56,249 bases of DNA from an uncultured Flavobacteriales bacterium. GTDB lineage: Bacteria; Bacteroidota; Bacteroidia; Flavobacteriales_D; Parvicellaceae. This document shows positions 20,050 to 28,984 of this stretch, piece by piece; the first letter of the stretch is position 1; each line of letters begins with the position of its first letter. The notes under the pieces are model-generated. The model was not told where the DNA came from, searched no databases, and was given only the letters and a program-made list of their open reading frames with translations. The position numbers and the translations under genes are program-made. The DNA lies in the NCBI GenBank assembly GCA_964430245.1, contig CAYSEW010000004.1, positions 97,115-153,363 on the forward strand, given 5' to 3'.

Positions 20050-20604
20050 ATGTTAACAACAATTTTTGGTAAGAAAAAATTAACTGAGGACAAGATTGCT
20101 AATGTTTTTGTAAATACATTATTAAATGTAATTGACAACAGCTTTAATGAAGTTGCTTCGAATATTTCTAATGATTCCGAATTTATTAACCCACCAATAA
20201 TTGATCATCTTGATAGCGATAAGTTCCTTATGATCGTTCTTGCTGGTAACCTAAAATTTCTTTCTAAATATTTTTCAAATACAGAAGAAATGATACTTAG
20301 AAAAAAGATCATTGAAAAATTTGCTAATGTATATGGAATGGAATATGAAGAAATGAATGCTATAGTTAAAGACTTTAATAGCTTCATTACAAGAGTCAAT
20401 CATCCATCTAAAAATATTATTTACGGAATGTCTAAAGCTGTATTCTATAAATACAACCTAGGGAAATATCAAATTGAATATTTTGCTCAATTAAATGCTC
20501 CTAGTCCTATCTTTCTAAAAAGAATGGATCAAATAATGGAAAATTATATTTGGGATTGGAACAATTTCTTTAACAAGTATAAGATCTCACCATCAGAACA
20601 TTAA
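20050..20604 (+). CDS. hypothetical protein
   Basis: 184-aa ORF with no recognisable motifs. No signal peptide. Confidence 0.5.
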   Translation: MLTTIFGKKKLTEDKIANVFVNTLLNVIDNSFNEVASNISNDSEFINPPIIDHLDSDKFLMIVLAGNLKFLSKYFSNTEEMILRKKIIEKFANVYGMEYEEMNAIVKDFNSFITRVNHPSKNIIYGMSKAVFYKYNLGKYQIEYFAQLNAPSPIFLKRMDQIMENYIWDWNNFFNKYKISPSEH

Positions 20605-22709
20605 TTATCAGCTGACAAAACATCATAATTTCCCGTTAACCAATCTTTTATTCTGTTTTTGTAAAACTTGGAAAACCTACTAGCTGATGCACCTCCAGCA
20701 AAAGAAGTTTCTATCTCATGTTTACTATGATCAGTAATTAACCTAATAGATGGGGTAAAGCTGGTCGTCCTTCCTCTGCTTGTAAACACCTGACCCTGAT
20801 GAACAGTGGCTCTACCACCCACTAATCCATAAGGACCTGGGTCAAAACCTAAAAACCCTGGAAGTTTACCATTAAAGAACAAATTTCTAAACACAATTTG
20901 ATTATGGTTACCCCATTTAACTGGTTTAACTTTTAAGACTTCTTTTATAATTCTTTCAATAATAATAGCTTTATTTTCTTTGAACCATGATGAGGTTTCT
21001 TTTAAAACTATTGAGCTAAAGTTTTTATACAAACCAATGAACATACCAGTATTTTCCTGCAAATAACTACCTACTTCCTTCCCGAAATTATGAGCTCCAA
21101 ATATTTCAAAATATAATTTCTTTAGAATCAACTCAAATAAATATGCTCCCTTAGAATTTAAGTCATAACAAAAATCCCACTCTTTTAAAATCTTAGAATT
21201 ATCACAATTCTGTAAATAAGGGATAAAAGTTTTCATTAAAAGCTCAGCTTCTTTGGAATAAACATCCATCTGTATAGCTTTCATATCTTCAAGAGAAGCT
21301 TTATTGTTTTTTGAAAGAAGTTCCTGAATTCTTTTAGCCCTGAAATCAGCCATTGAAATATTAGATGGGTTAACATTCCCGTATTCATTAAGATTCTGAT
21401 TTGCAGTAACAAAAAATCCTTCTTTTGGATTATATATATTAGGTAATTCTTGACCATCAACAAAACCCTTCCAACTATTACTTGAAACTGAACCGTCAAT
21501 TGGATAAAAACCAGACCAACTATTATTTCTTATTGGCATCAAACCAGACATCTGATAACCAATATTCTCTTTGCTGTCTGCTAAGATCCAATTAAATGAC
21601 ACCTCAACATCTTTAAAAAGATGCTGTGCTTCTTTAACAGAGTCTGTATGAAATAACTTAACAAAGGTATTTACACTCTTTGCACCTGTATTTGAACCAG
21701 TCCAACCCATTGAAAAATATTTCCCTTCTATAAATGGATCTCCATCTAATATGCCATGGTCATTTTCATAAACAGTTATTTTAACATTATCTCCTTTTTT
21801 TCTTTTGATGACTTCTTCCCTCTTATTAAAATCATTCCATTGACCATCAATTAAATACTTTCCATCTTTACAGGTCTCAATCCAAAAATCTGTAGCATCC
21901 ATAAACGTATAGGTAGCTCCCCATGATAAATTATTATTTCTTCCAACTAACATGGCAGGAAGACCAGGCATAGTAAATCCTAAAAAATACCTGCTTTTAA
22001 CCTTACATTTAACTTCATACCATATATTTGGCAATCTATTTGTTTCTAAGTGTGGATCATTACAAAGAATAGGGCTACCAGATTCAGTTCTTGAACCACT
22101 TACAGCCCAGTTATTTGAAGCCATCATAGGAGAAACATCCAATAACCACTTTACCTCATCAGGTACAATTTTAGTATAGAATTCAACTTGTTTTATCAAT
22201 TCGTAATCACAACCATCTAAAATAGAAGGAAATAATTCTCTTAACTGCTCTTCTGCAATTCCTTTTTGTATCAACTGAACAAGGAACATTTCCATTTCAC
22301 CCTGTGATTGTGCTAGCGTTAGAAAACCAGTCATTCTTGATAACAATACACTATCTTCTGTACACCATTCCTCTGGATAATAACCAATTAATTTACACTC
22401 AAAAGGTCTTTTTTTACTAAGCACACTATTTACGCCTTTATTGTAACAATCAAATAACTCAATAGTTCTTTTATCAAATTTTTTCAGCTCATCTGTACAA
22501 TTACGCCAATTTAATTTTCTGAAGAATTTATCCACTTCAACCATCTCATCAGAACCTTCTAATAACTCAGCAGCTCTTCCTTTGCCTAGAATTCGCATAA
22601 TAAGCATCTGCAACCCTCTATCTGTAGCATGTGCAATCCCTAAAAGCTCATACATTTCCTCTTCAGAAGAAGCATCAATAACTACAGTTCCGTTTAATTC
22701 TCTTTTCAT
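20601..22709 (-). CDS. penicillin-acylase-family Ntn-hydrolase (amidase), apparently cytoplasmic
   Basis: The SNNWAVSGSRTESGSPILCNDPHL motif is the N-terminal-nucleophile Ser of the beta-subunit. The alpha-subunit-like N-terminus is GIAHATDRGLQMLIMR. No signal peptide. The start lies 14 nt after the upstream lhgO-like stop. Confidence 0.8.
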   Translation of the reverse strand: MKRELNGTVVIDASSEEEMYELLGIAHATDRGLQMLIMRILGKGRAAELLEGSDEMVEVDKFFRKLNWRNCTDELKKFDKRTIELFDCYNKGVNSVLSKKRPFECKLIGYYPEEWCTEDSVLLSRMTGFLTLAQSQGEMEMFLVQLIQKGIAEEQLRELFPSILDGCDYELIKQVEFYTKIVPDEVKWLLDVSPMMASNNWAVSGSRTESGSPILCNDPHLETNRLPNIWYEVKCKVKSRYFLGFTMPGLPAMLVGRNNNLSWGATYTFMDATDFWIETCKDGKYLIDGQWNDFNKREEVIKRKKGDNVKITVYENDHGILDGDPFIEGKYFSMGWTGSNTGAKSVNTFVKLFHTDSVKEAQHLFKDVEVSFNWILADSKENIGYQMSGLMPIRNNSWSGFYPIDGSVSSNSWKGFVDGQELPNIYNPKEGFFVTANQNLNEYGNVNPSNISMADFRAKRIQELLSKNNKASLEDMKAIQMDVYSKEAELLMKTFIPYLQNCDNSKILKEWDFCYDLNSKGAYLFELILKKLYFEIFGAHNFGKEVGSYLQENTGMFIGLYKNFSSIVLKETSSWFKENKAIIIERIIKEVLKVKPVKWGNHNQIVFRNLFFNGKLPGFLGFDPGPYGLVGGRATVHQGQVFTSRGRTTSFTPSIRLITDHSKHEIETSFAGGASASRFSKFYKNRIKDWLTGNYDVLSADN

Positions 22710-22723
22710 TAAATTTTTAAAAA

Positions 22724-23944
22724 TTAAGACAATCCGAAATGTTTAATAGCCATATCCCTTACTTCATTTCCAATTGCTAAAGATGCAGTTGCCGCTGGTG
22801 ATGGAGCATTTAGAACATGTATACTATTACGGCCATATTCTATTCTAAAATCATCTCTTGTGTCTCCATCTTTACTTAACAATAACGCTCTAACTCCTGC
22901 TCTACCAGGCTTTATATCTTCCATTGTAAGAGAAGGTATCAAACCTTGTAAAGTTTTTAAAAACAATCGCTTTGAAAAAGCTCTTCTATATTCATCAATA
23001 CCAAAGCTCATATTTTTAAAAAATAATTTCCAAGTTCCACTATAAGATAAGGCATCAACAGTATCCTTTAAATTAAAATCTGTTTTCCCATACCCTTCAC
23101 GTTTGAATGTAAAAACTGCATTGGGACCACATTCTATATCGCCATTGACCATCCTGGTAAAATGCACACCCAAAAATGGGAATTCTGGATTTGGAACTGG
23201 GTAGATCAAATTCTTTACCTTGTGTTTAGCCTGCTCAGTTAATTCGTAATAGTCTCCTCTGAATCCAACCACTTTTTCTTTAATATTTACACCATCTTTT
23301 TTTGCCAATCTATCTGCCTGAAGACCTCCACAAAAGATGACTTTTTTAACTACATAGTCGTTTTTATTAGTAGTGATTTTAGTCATCTCATCTTCTTGTA
23401 AAAAACCTTTGGCTTCCTCTTCCAATACGACCTTACTAGCAGGCTGTATTCCTATTGCTATTTGCGCCATTTTTTTAGTAGCCCCTACAAAATCAACAAT
23501 TCCTGTACAAGGAACCCATATCCCAGCTTTAGCCTCCACAAAAGGTTCTATTTCTTTTACTTGATCTGCTGATATTTTCTCAATTCCTTCTGTGTTATTT
23601 GCAATCCCATTTTCGAAGATCTGGTCCATGAATTTAAATTCACTTTCTTTAGTTGCAACAACAACTTTACCACATACATCATGGTCCACATTATGCTCTT
23701 TTGCAAATTTGACCAATTCATGTCTGCCAACTACACAATTTTTAGCTTTTAATGAACCAGGTTTATAGTATAATCCTGAATGAATAACACCTGAATTATT
23801 ACCTGTCTGATGAGAAGCTAACTGCTTTTCTTTTTCAATTAGTATGATTTTTAGCGTTGGGAATGACTTTTGTAGCTTATAGAATGTAGCAGCTCCTACT
23901 ATACCTCCACCAACTATAGCAATATCAAATACATTATCAGCCAT
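22724..23944 (-). CDS. lhgO: FAD-dependent L-2-hydroxyglutarate oxidase/dehydrogenase-like enzyme
   Basis: The FAD-binding N-terminus is DIAIVGGGIVGAATFYKL. The motifs HQTGNNSGVIHSGLYY, LIYPVPNPEFPFLGVHFTRMVNGDIECGPNAV, KREGY and NAPSPAATASL are colinear with E. coli LhgO as I recall it. Confidence 0.8.
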   Translation of the reverse strand: MADNVFDIAIVGGGIVGAATFYKLQKSFPTLKIILIEKEKQLASHQTGNNSGVIHSGLYYKPGSLKAKNCVVGRHELVKFAKEHNVDHDVCGKVVVATKESEFKFMDQIFENGIANNTEGIEKISADQVKEIEPFVEAKAGIWVPCTGIVDFVGATKKMAQIAIGIQPASKVVLEEEAKGFLQEDEMTKITTNKNDYVVKKVIFCGGLQADRLAKKDGVNIKEKVVGFRGDYYELTEQAKHKVKNLIYPVPNPEFPFLGVHFTRMVNGDIECGPNAVFTFKREGYGKTDFNLKDTVDALSYSGTWKLFFKNMSFGIDEYRRAFSKRLFLKTLQGLIPSLTMEDIKPGRAGVRALLLSKDGDTRDDFRIEYGRNSIHVLNAPSPAATASLAIGNEVRDMAIKHFGLS

Positions 23945-23979
23945 ATTGTTTTTTTGCGAAAATACTTATTTAATCATCT

Positions 23980-25305
23980 TTAAGCTAATGCTTTTTCCTC
24001 TTTTGGAACTCTTAAAAGAAGCAGGAGACCAATTACAAAAAATAGCACTAAAGCAACTATAGAATTCCTCATATTTCCAGTCAATTGTTCAATAAATCCA
24101 TAAGATGCAAGCCCAATAACAATTCCTAATTTTTCAGCTACATCATAAAATGAAAAATAAGATGATGTATCTGTTGTTTCTTCAGGTATAAATTTAGAAT
24201 AGGTTGATCTAGATAATGATTGCACTCCTCCCATCACCATACCAACCCAAGCAGAAATTATATAGAACTGAAAGGGTGAATCAACAAAGTATGCATAAAC
24301 ACACAAGCTTATCCATAAAAAAATCACAATCTTCAATGCATTTAAATTACCAATCTTATAAGATAATTTAGATAAAATTAATGCGCCAATAATAGCTAAT
24401 AATTGAATCATTATAATAGCCATAATTAATCCAGTTGATTTTTCATTTTCATTGGCCCAATTAATTTCTTTTGTGCCAAAATAAATAGCCATGATCATTA
24501 TGGTCTGTACTGCCATACTATAAACGAAAAAGCTAGCTAGGTACCTTTTAAGTCGAACTGTTTCCTTAACCTTTTTGAATACTAACTTCAACTCCTTATA
24601 ACCATTCCAAATAACAGCACTATCTACCTTATTTTGAATCCTTGGTTTTGGCAACCAATAATACGTAACATGACTAAATCCAAACCACCATATCCCAGTA
24701 AACACAAAACACCATCTTGTTGCATCACCTTTAGATTGATCATCTTGAGACATCACAAAAATCAAACATGCAACTAAAAGAATTACTGAGCCTATATAAC
24801 CCATAGAAAACCCTTTTGCTGACAAAGAATCATGTTCTTCAACTGGTGCAATTTCAGGTAAATAGGCATTATAAAAAACCAAACTACTCCAAAAACCTAT
24901 TCCTGCTATTGCAAAAATTAGCATACTTAATTCTAGATGATCAATATCGAAAAAATACAAGCTCATACAGGCAAATGAACCTAAGTAACAGAAAAACCTT
25001 AAAAAAGCTTTCTTCTTCCCTGCAAAATCAGCAATTCCTGACAACAACGGAAGGAAAACACATAATAATAAAAAATAACTTGCAGTAACAATAGAGACCA
25101 ATGCCGTATTAATGACCTCCCAGCCAAAAAAATAAACTACTTTATTTTCTGTACCATCGATTGTCAATGTATCATGTACAGCATAGCTTTCATAAAATAA
25201 AGGGAAAATAGCAGTTGTAATTACTAGAGGATATACAGAATTGGACCAGTCATAAAATGCCCAAGCATTTTTGACTTTTTTATTTCCATTACTATTTTTA
25301 GACAT
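23980..25305 (-). CDS. MFS transporter, UMF1/Atg22-like family
   Basis: 441 aa with ~12 TM segments. The N-terminal NAWAFYDWSNSVYPLVITTAIFPLFYE motif is characteristic of Atg22-like MFS permeases. Confidence 0.75.
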   Translation of the reverse strand: MSKNSNGNKKVKNAWAFYDWSNSVYPLVITTAIFPLFYESYAVHDTLTIDGTENKVVYFFGWEVINTALVSIVTASYFLLLCVFLPLLSGIADFAGKKKAFLRFFCYLGSFACMSLYFFDIDHLELSMLIFAIAGIGFWSSLVFYNAYLPEIAPVEEHDSLSAKGFSMGYIGSVILLVACLIFVMSQDDQSKGDATRWCFVFTGIWWFGFSHVTYYWLPKPRIQNKVDSAVIWNGYKELKLVFKKVKETVRLKRYLASFFVYSMAVQTIMIMAIYFGTKEINWANENEKSTGLIMAIIMIQLLAIIGALILSKLSYKIGNLNALKIVIFLWISLCVYAYFVDSPFQFYIISAWVGMVMGGVQSLSRSTYSKFIPEETTDTSSYFSFYDVAEKLGIVIGLASYGFIEQLTGNMRNSIVALVLFFVIGLLLLLRVPKEEKALA

Positions 25306-25331
25306 TTAGGTCTATTAAATTTAAAGACCGA

Positions 25332-26516
25332 TCAATCAACTATTTTAAAATCAACTCTTCTGTTCTTTGCCAAACTCAATTCGGAATATCCAGCAGATGC
25401 CGGTTGAGCAGCGTCATGATTCATGAATGTGATTCTATCTTCAGCTACTCCTTTTTTTACAAGATATTTTTTTACATTCTCCGCTCTTAAATTCCCTAAA
25501 TTAATTAACCTTTCATTTTCAGGATCTTTCTTAATTGCAGCAAATTCCATTTTATCTGTGTGACCATGTAGCTCTATATTAATATCTTCATTTTCAGTTA
25601 ATATTTTAGCCATTTTATCTAAATCATCATTGAACATCTCATCAATTCTAGAATTTTTTACATCAAAATACACTGACCCCATATTGATCATTTCTTCTAT
25701 TGTATATTTACCATCTTCTCTGAAAAAATCTTTATGATAAATCATACTCTGGCTATTTACCTCATTCATTTGATTGTTACAATCACAGTCAGTGATATCT
25801 TCAATTAAATACACTTCAACTTGATCTATATAATAATAAGCAGAGGGAATCTGGGTAGCAGTAAAACCATCCATTTTCTTCAACTTTTCATATTTCGTAT
25901 CCTTATTATTGTAGAAATTACCAATCGTTAAATATGATTCTTTTCCAGATGCTTTATATATAGCACAGACAGGCTCCCAGTTATACCTGGCATTATATAA
26001 CTTATTATCTACATTCCTAACTACATGATTATATTCATTTTTCTTTTGAAAAATAAGATCTTCCTTTTTATCTGAGTACAAAGGTTCTTTACTAAAATAA
26101 GCACCAATATTATTTACTGCATACTTACTTAAATCAGACAAACTTGTATAAAATCTTACACAATACTCAAGATCTTTACTCAATGGTGAGGCCAGTTGAG
26201 TTTGAATATAAGTTCTAGGCTCTTTATTGTTATAACTATAAATTAATATACCAGCATAATTTTCGCCATCCCATGGATGCTCTTTCCCCTTTTGATTAAC
26301 AGGTGCAGAAACCGGTAGATCTTTTTCTGTTGAATAAAGATCAGCTTTTAAAGCTGTAGGGGATTCCCATTCTTTTGCAATATTGATCTGCTTTAGCTTT
26401 TTTAGTTTCCCACTTGTACTCTCAAAGCTTGGATTCAATATTAAATTAATTTCGTCTTGTGCAATATTTGAGTATCCCGAAAGAACTATCAATAATGCTA
26501 TTATTCCCTTTTTCAT
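25332..26516 (-). CDS. OmpA-family protein (C-terminal peptidoglycan-binding OmpA-like domain)
   Basis: There is a signal peptide. The C-terminus NVKKYLVKKGVAEDRITFMNHDAAQP...NRRVDFKIVD matches the OmpA_C domain. Confidence 0.75.
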   Translation of the reverse strand: MKKGIIALLIVLSGYSNIAQDEINLILNPSFESTSGKLKKLKQINIAKEWESPTALKADLYSTEKDLPVSAPVNQKGKEHPWDGENYAGILIYSYNNKEPRTYIQTQLASPLSKDLEYCVRFYTSLSDLSKYAVNNIGAYFSKEPLYSDKKEDLIFQKKNEYNHVVRNVDNKLYNARYNWEPVCAIYKASGKESYLTIGNFYNNKDTKYEKLKKMDGFTATQIPSAYYYIDQVEVYLIEDITDCDCNNQMNEVNSQSMIYHKDFFREDGKYTIEEMINMGSVYFDVKNSRIDEMFNDDLDKMAKILTENEDINIELHGHTDKMEFAAIKKDPENERLINLGNLRAENVKKYLVKKGVAEDRITFMNHDAAQPASAGYSELSLAKNRRVDFKIVD

Positions 26517-26525
26517 AATCTATTT

Positions 26526-27554
26526 TTATTGCTTATATGATTTTACTGTTTCAATAAAACACTTTACCTTATCTGGCTTTATATCGGGGTAAACGCCATG
26601 ACCAAGGTTGGCAATATGGCGATTTTTTCCAAACTTACAAAGCATTTCCTTCGTTTCAAATTCAATTCTTTTAAAATCAGCATATAAAACACAAGGATCT
26701 AAATTGCCTTGTAGGGTTTTATTTATACCGATTAAATTTCTACTTTTAATAATATCCATGTTCCAGTCTAATCCGATAGTATTACATTTTAATTGCCCCA
26801 TTTCTTTAAGAACAGTATAGGCTCCTTTAGAAAAGACAGTTAATGGAACCTGGTCTATTTCATTACAAATCTTATTTACATATTTCATACCAAACTCCAT
26901 ATACTGGTCATGACCAAGAATTCCAGCCCAGGAATCAAATAGCTGTAACATATCTGCTCCTGCACTAATCTGCGCTTTTAAATATAAAATAGTGGTTTCA
27001 GTAATTTTTTCTAATAATAGATGAGATAATTCAGGCTGTGCAAATAGCATCTTCTTTGCTTTGCTAAATGTTTTTGAACCTTGACCTTCTATCATATATG
27101 AAAAAATAGTCCATGGCGCACCTGCAAATCCAATCAATGGAACTCGTCCATATAACTCCTTTTTAGTAATCTTTATCGCCTCTGTTACATATGACAAGCT
27201 ATCTTCAACATCAGGAATATTTAATGAGTTAACATCATCAATAGTTTGAATTGTCTTGGGGAAAAAAGGACCTTTTTTCTCTATCATTTCATAAGAAAGG
27301 CCCATTGCATCTGGAACAACCAATATATCTGAAAATATTATAGCAGCATCTACTTCTAAAATATCAACAGGCTGAATAGTAACTTCAGCCGCTAGTTTAG
27401 GAGTTTCAACTAATTCTTTAAATCCACTCAAAGAATTTCTTAATGCACGATATTCAGGTAAAATCCTACCAGCTTGTCTCATCAACCATACTGGAGTCCT
27501 TTCAACATCTTCACCTTTTGCAGCTCTTAAAACAAGATCATTCTTTAATTTCAT
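26526..27554 (-). CDS. hemE: uroporphyrinogen decarboxylase
   Basis: N-terminus [35 protein letters not shown]. 342 aa. Confidence 0.92.
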   Translation of the reverse strand: MKLKNDLVLRAAKGEDVERTPVWLMRQAGRILPEYRALRNSLSGFKELVETPKLAAEVTIQPVDILEVDAAIIFSDILVVPDAMGLSYEMIEKKGPFFPKTIQTIDDVNSLNIPDVEDSLSYVTEAIKITKKELYGRVPLIGFAGAPWTIFSYMIEGQGSKTFSKAKKMLFAQPELSHLLLEKITETTILYLKAQISAGADMLQLFDSWAGILGHDQYMEFGMKYVNKICNEIDQVPLTVFSKGAYTVLKEMGQLKCNTIGLDWNMDIIKSRNLIGINKTLQGNLDPCVLYADFKRIEFETKEMLCKFGKNRHIANLGHGVYPDIKPDKVKCFIETVKSYKQ

Positions 27555-27601
27555 CCTGCAAATGTATTAATCATTGATTAATATTTTATTTTTATTGACC
27601 A

Positions 27602-28543
27602 ATGAGCTCAATTAAATTACATCATCTATTAATTAATTTCATTTTTATTGTATTAATTCACAGTAATTTTCATTCTCAAGACTCTACCTCTACATTGAAT
27701 GAATCAATTGCTGTTATCCATAAAAAAAATGGTGAAACCATTAGAGGCTTTGTCTACCATAATGATGCTGAAAAAATAATCATCATTTCTGGAAATGAAC
27801 AAAAAATAACTATTCCATATACACAAATAGCTTCTATTGAATTTATTTCTACTGAAAGCTTAAAAAATGAAACTGAATTTAAAGAAGAACATTTAAATTA
27901 TACTCAAAATTGTTTTTTTCCTACAGGATTTACAACTAAGAAAGGTGATTTTACTGGAAATGCTCATTATGGCTTATCTGGAAATGCAAAAATTGGAATT
28001 TCTGATAACTTTGAATTGACAGCAGGAACTATTTCTTTTGTCGCCTATTTTCTTAGTATTGGTTACTCAAAAGAAATCGGAAAAGTTTTACAATTTGGCA
28101 TTAATGGATATGGAGGTTTTACATTTGATTTTAACCAAAACCCCATTCATAACTTAACTCCTATTTATTGTATGATTCCAAGATTTAGTATAGGCAATAA
28201 AAATAGAAATATTACCATGGGTTTTATTGGATTTTTGGGCGCTGATTTATTTATTGGATCAAACTTAAAATATGAATTTATGTATGGAGGTTACATCGCA
28301 GCAAAAAATAGATTTAAAGAAAAATGGTCTGTTTCTAGTGAGTTAGCTAGTGTCTCTATTAAAGGGTTATATACTACTTATATGGGTAACTTTACATTTA
28401 ATTTTATGAGGAGTTTTTATTCTTCATGGTCCTTTGGAATTGCAGGGATTAGAAGCGAAGATCCAATTAATGGATTTCAAAACTTTGCTAACCTACCCTT
28501 TTTACCTTTACCCTATTTTGGATACATGAGAAGATTTAATTAA
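27602..28543 (+). CDS. hypothetical secreted beta-rich protein (possible outer-membrane protein)
   Basis: There is a signal peptide. It has a Gly/aromatic-rich alternating pattern. No catalytic motifs. Confidence 0.45.
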   Translation: MSSIKLHHLLINFIFIVLIHSNFHSQDSTSTLNESIAVIHKKNGETIRGFVYHNDAEKIIIISGNEQKITIPYTQIASIEFISTESLKNETEFKEEHLNYTQNCFFPTGFTTKKGDFTGNAHYGLSGNAKIGISDNFELTAGTISFVAYFLSIGYSKEIGKVLQFGINGYGGFTFDFNQNPIHNLTPIYCMIPRFSIGNKNRNITMGFIGFLGADLFIGSNLKYEFMYGGYIAAKNRFKEKWSVSSELASVSIKGLYTTYMGNFTFNFMRSFYSSWSFGIAGIRSEDPINGFQNFANLPFLPLPYFGYMRRFN

Positions 28544-28944
28544 CTCAGTTCTTTTAAAGTTTCAACTTGATCTTCTAGCCACAATAAAGCATCATTGTAA
28601 TTGTTAAAAATCATTGCTTTTGACTTATTCCTTAAATATTTAACATAAAAATTTGCTAATAATCTGATTGACAAATTATCTGTAACGATGGACTGAAAAA
28701 CACAAGACTTATTAAATGCAGGGTCTATTGTAAAAAATCTCATTGAATTTATAGTAGCAGTAGATTGTATATTTCTTGCATCCACTAAAATTCCAAATTT
28801 TTTGTTTGAAAAAGTCAATAATTGATCACGGAATATAACACCATCTTTAACAGTAATATTTAACTTATCTTTTATCTTAATATAAATAAGGTTGTCACTT
28901 AAAAAGTTGATTTCACCAAGAATAGTTTTGAAAGATTCACTCAT
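28540..28944 (-). CDS. hypothetical protein encoded 40 nt downstream of the large adhesin gene
   Basis: 134 aa with no signal peptide and no recognisable motifs. Co-directional with the 1374-aa gene. Confidence 0.4.
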   Translation of the reverse strand: MSESFKTILGEINFLSDNLIYIKIKDKLNITVKDGVIFRDQLLTFSNKKFGILVDARNIQSTATINSMRFFTIDPAFNKSCVFQSIVTDNLSIRLLANFYVKYLRNKSKAMIFNNYNDALLWLEDQVETLKELS

Positions 28945-28984
28945 CTAATTAATAACAAAAGTTACTATTAAATATAATTAAATT

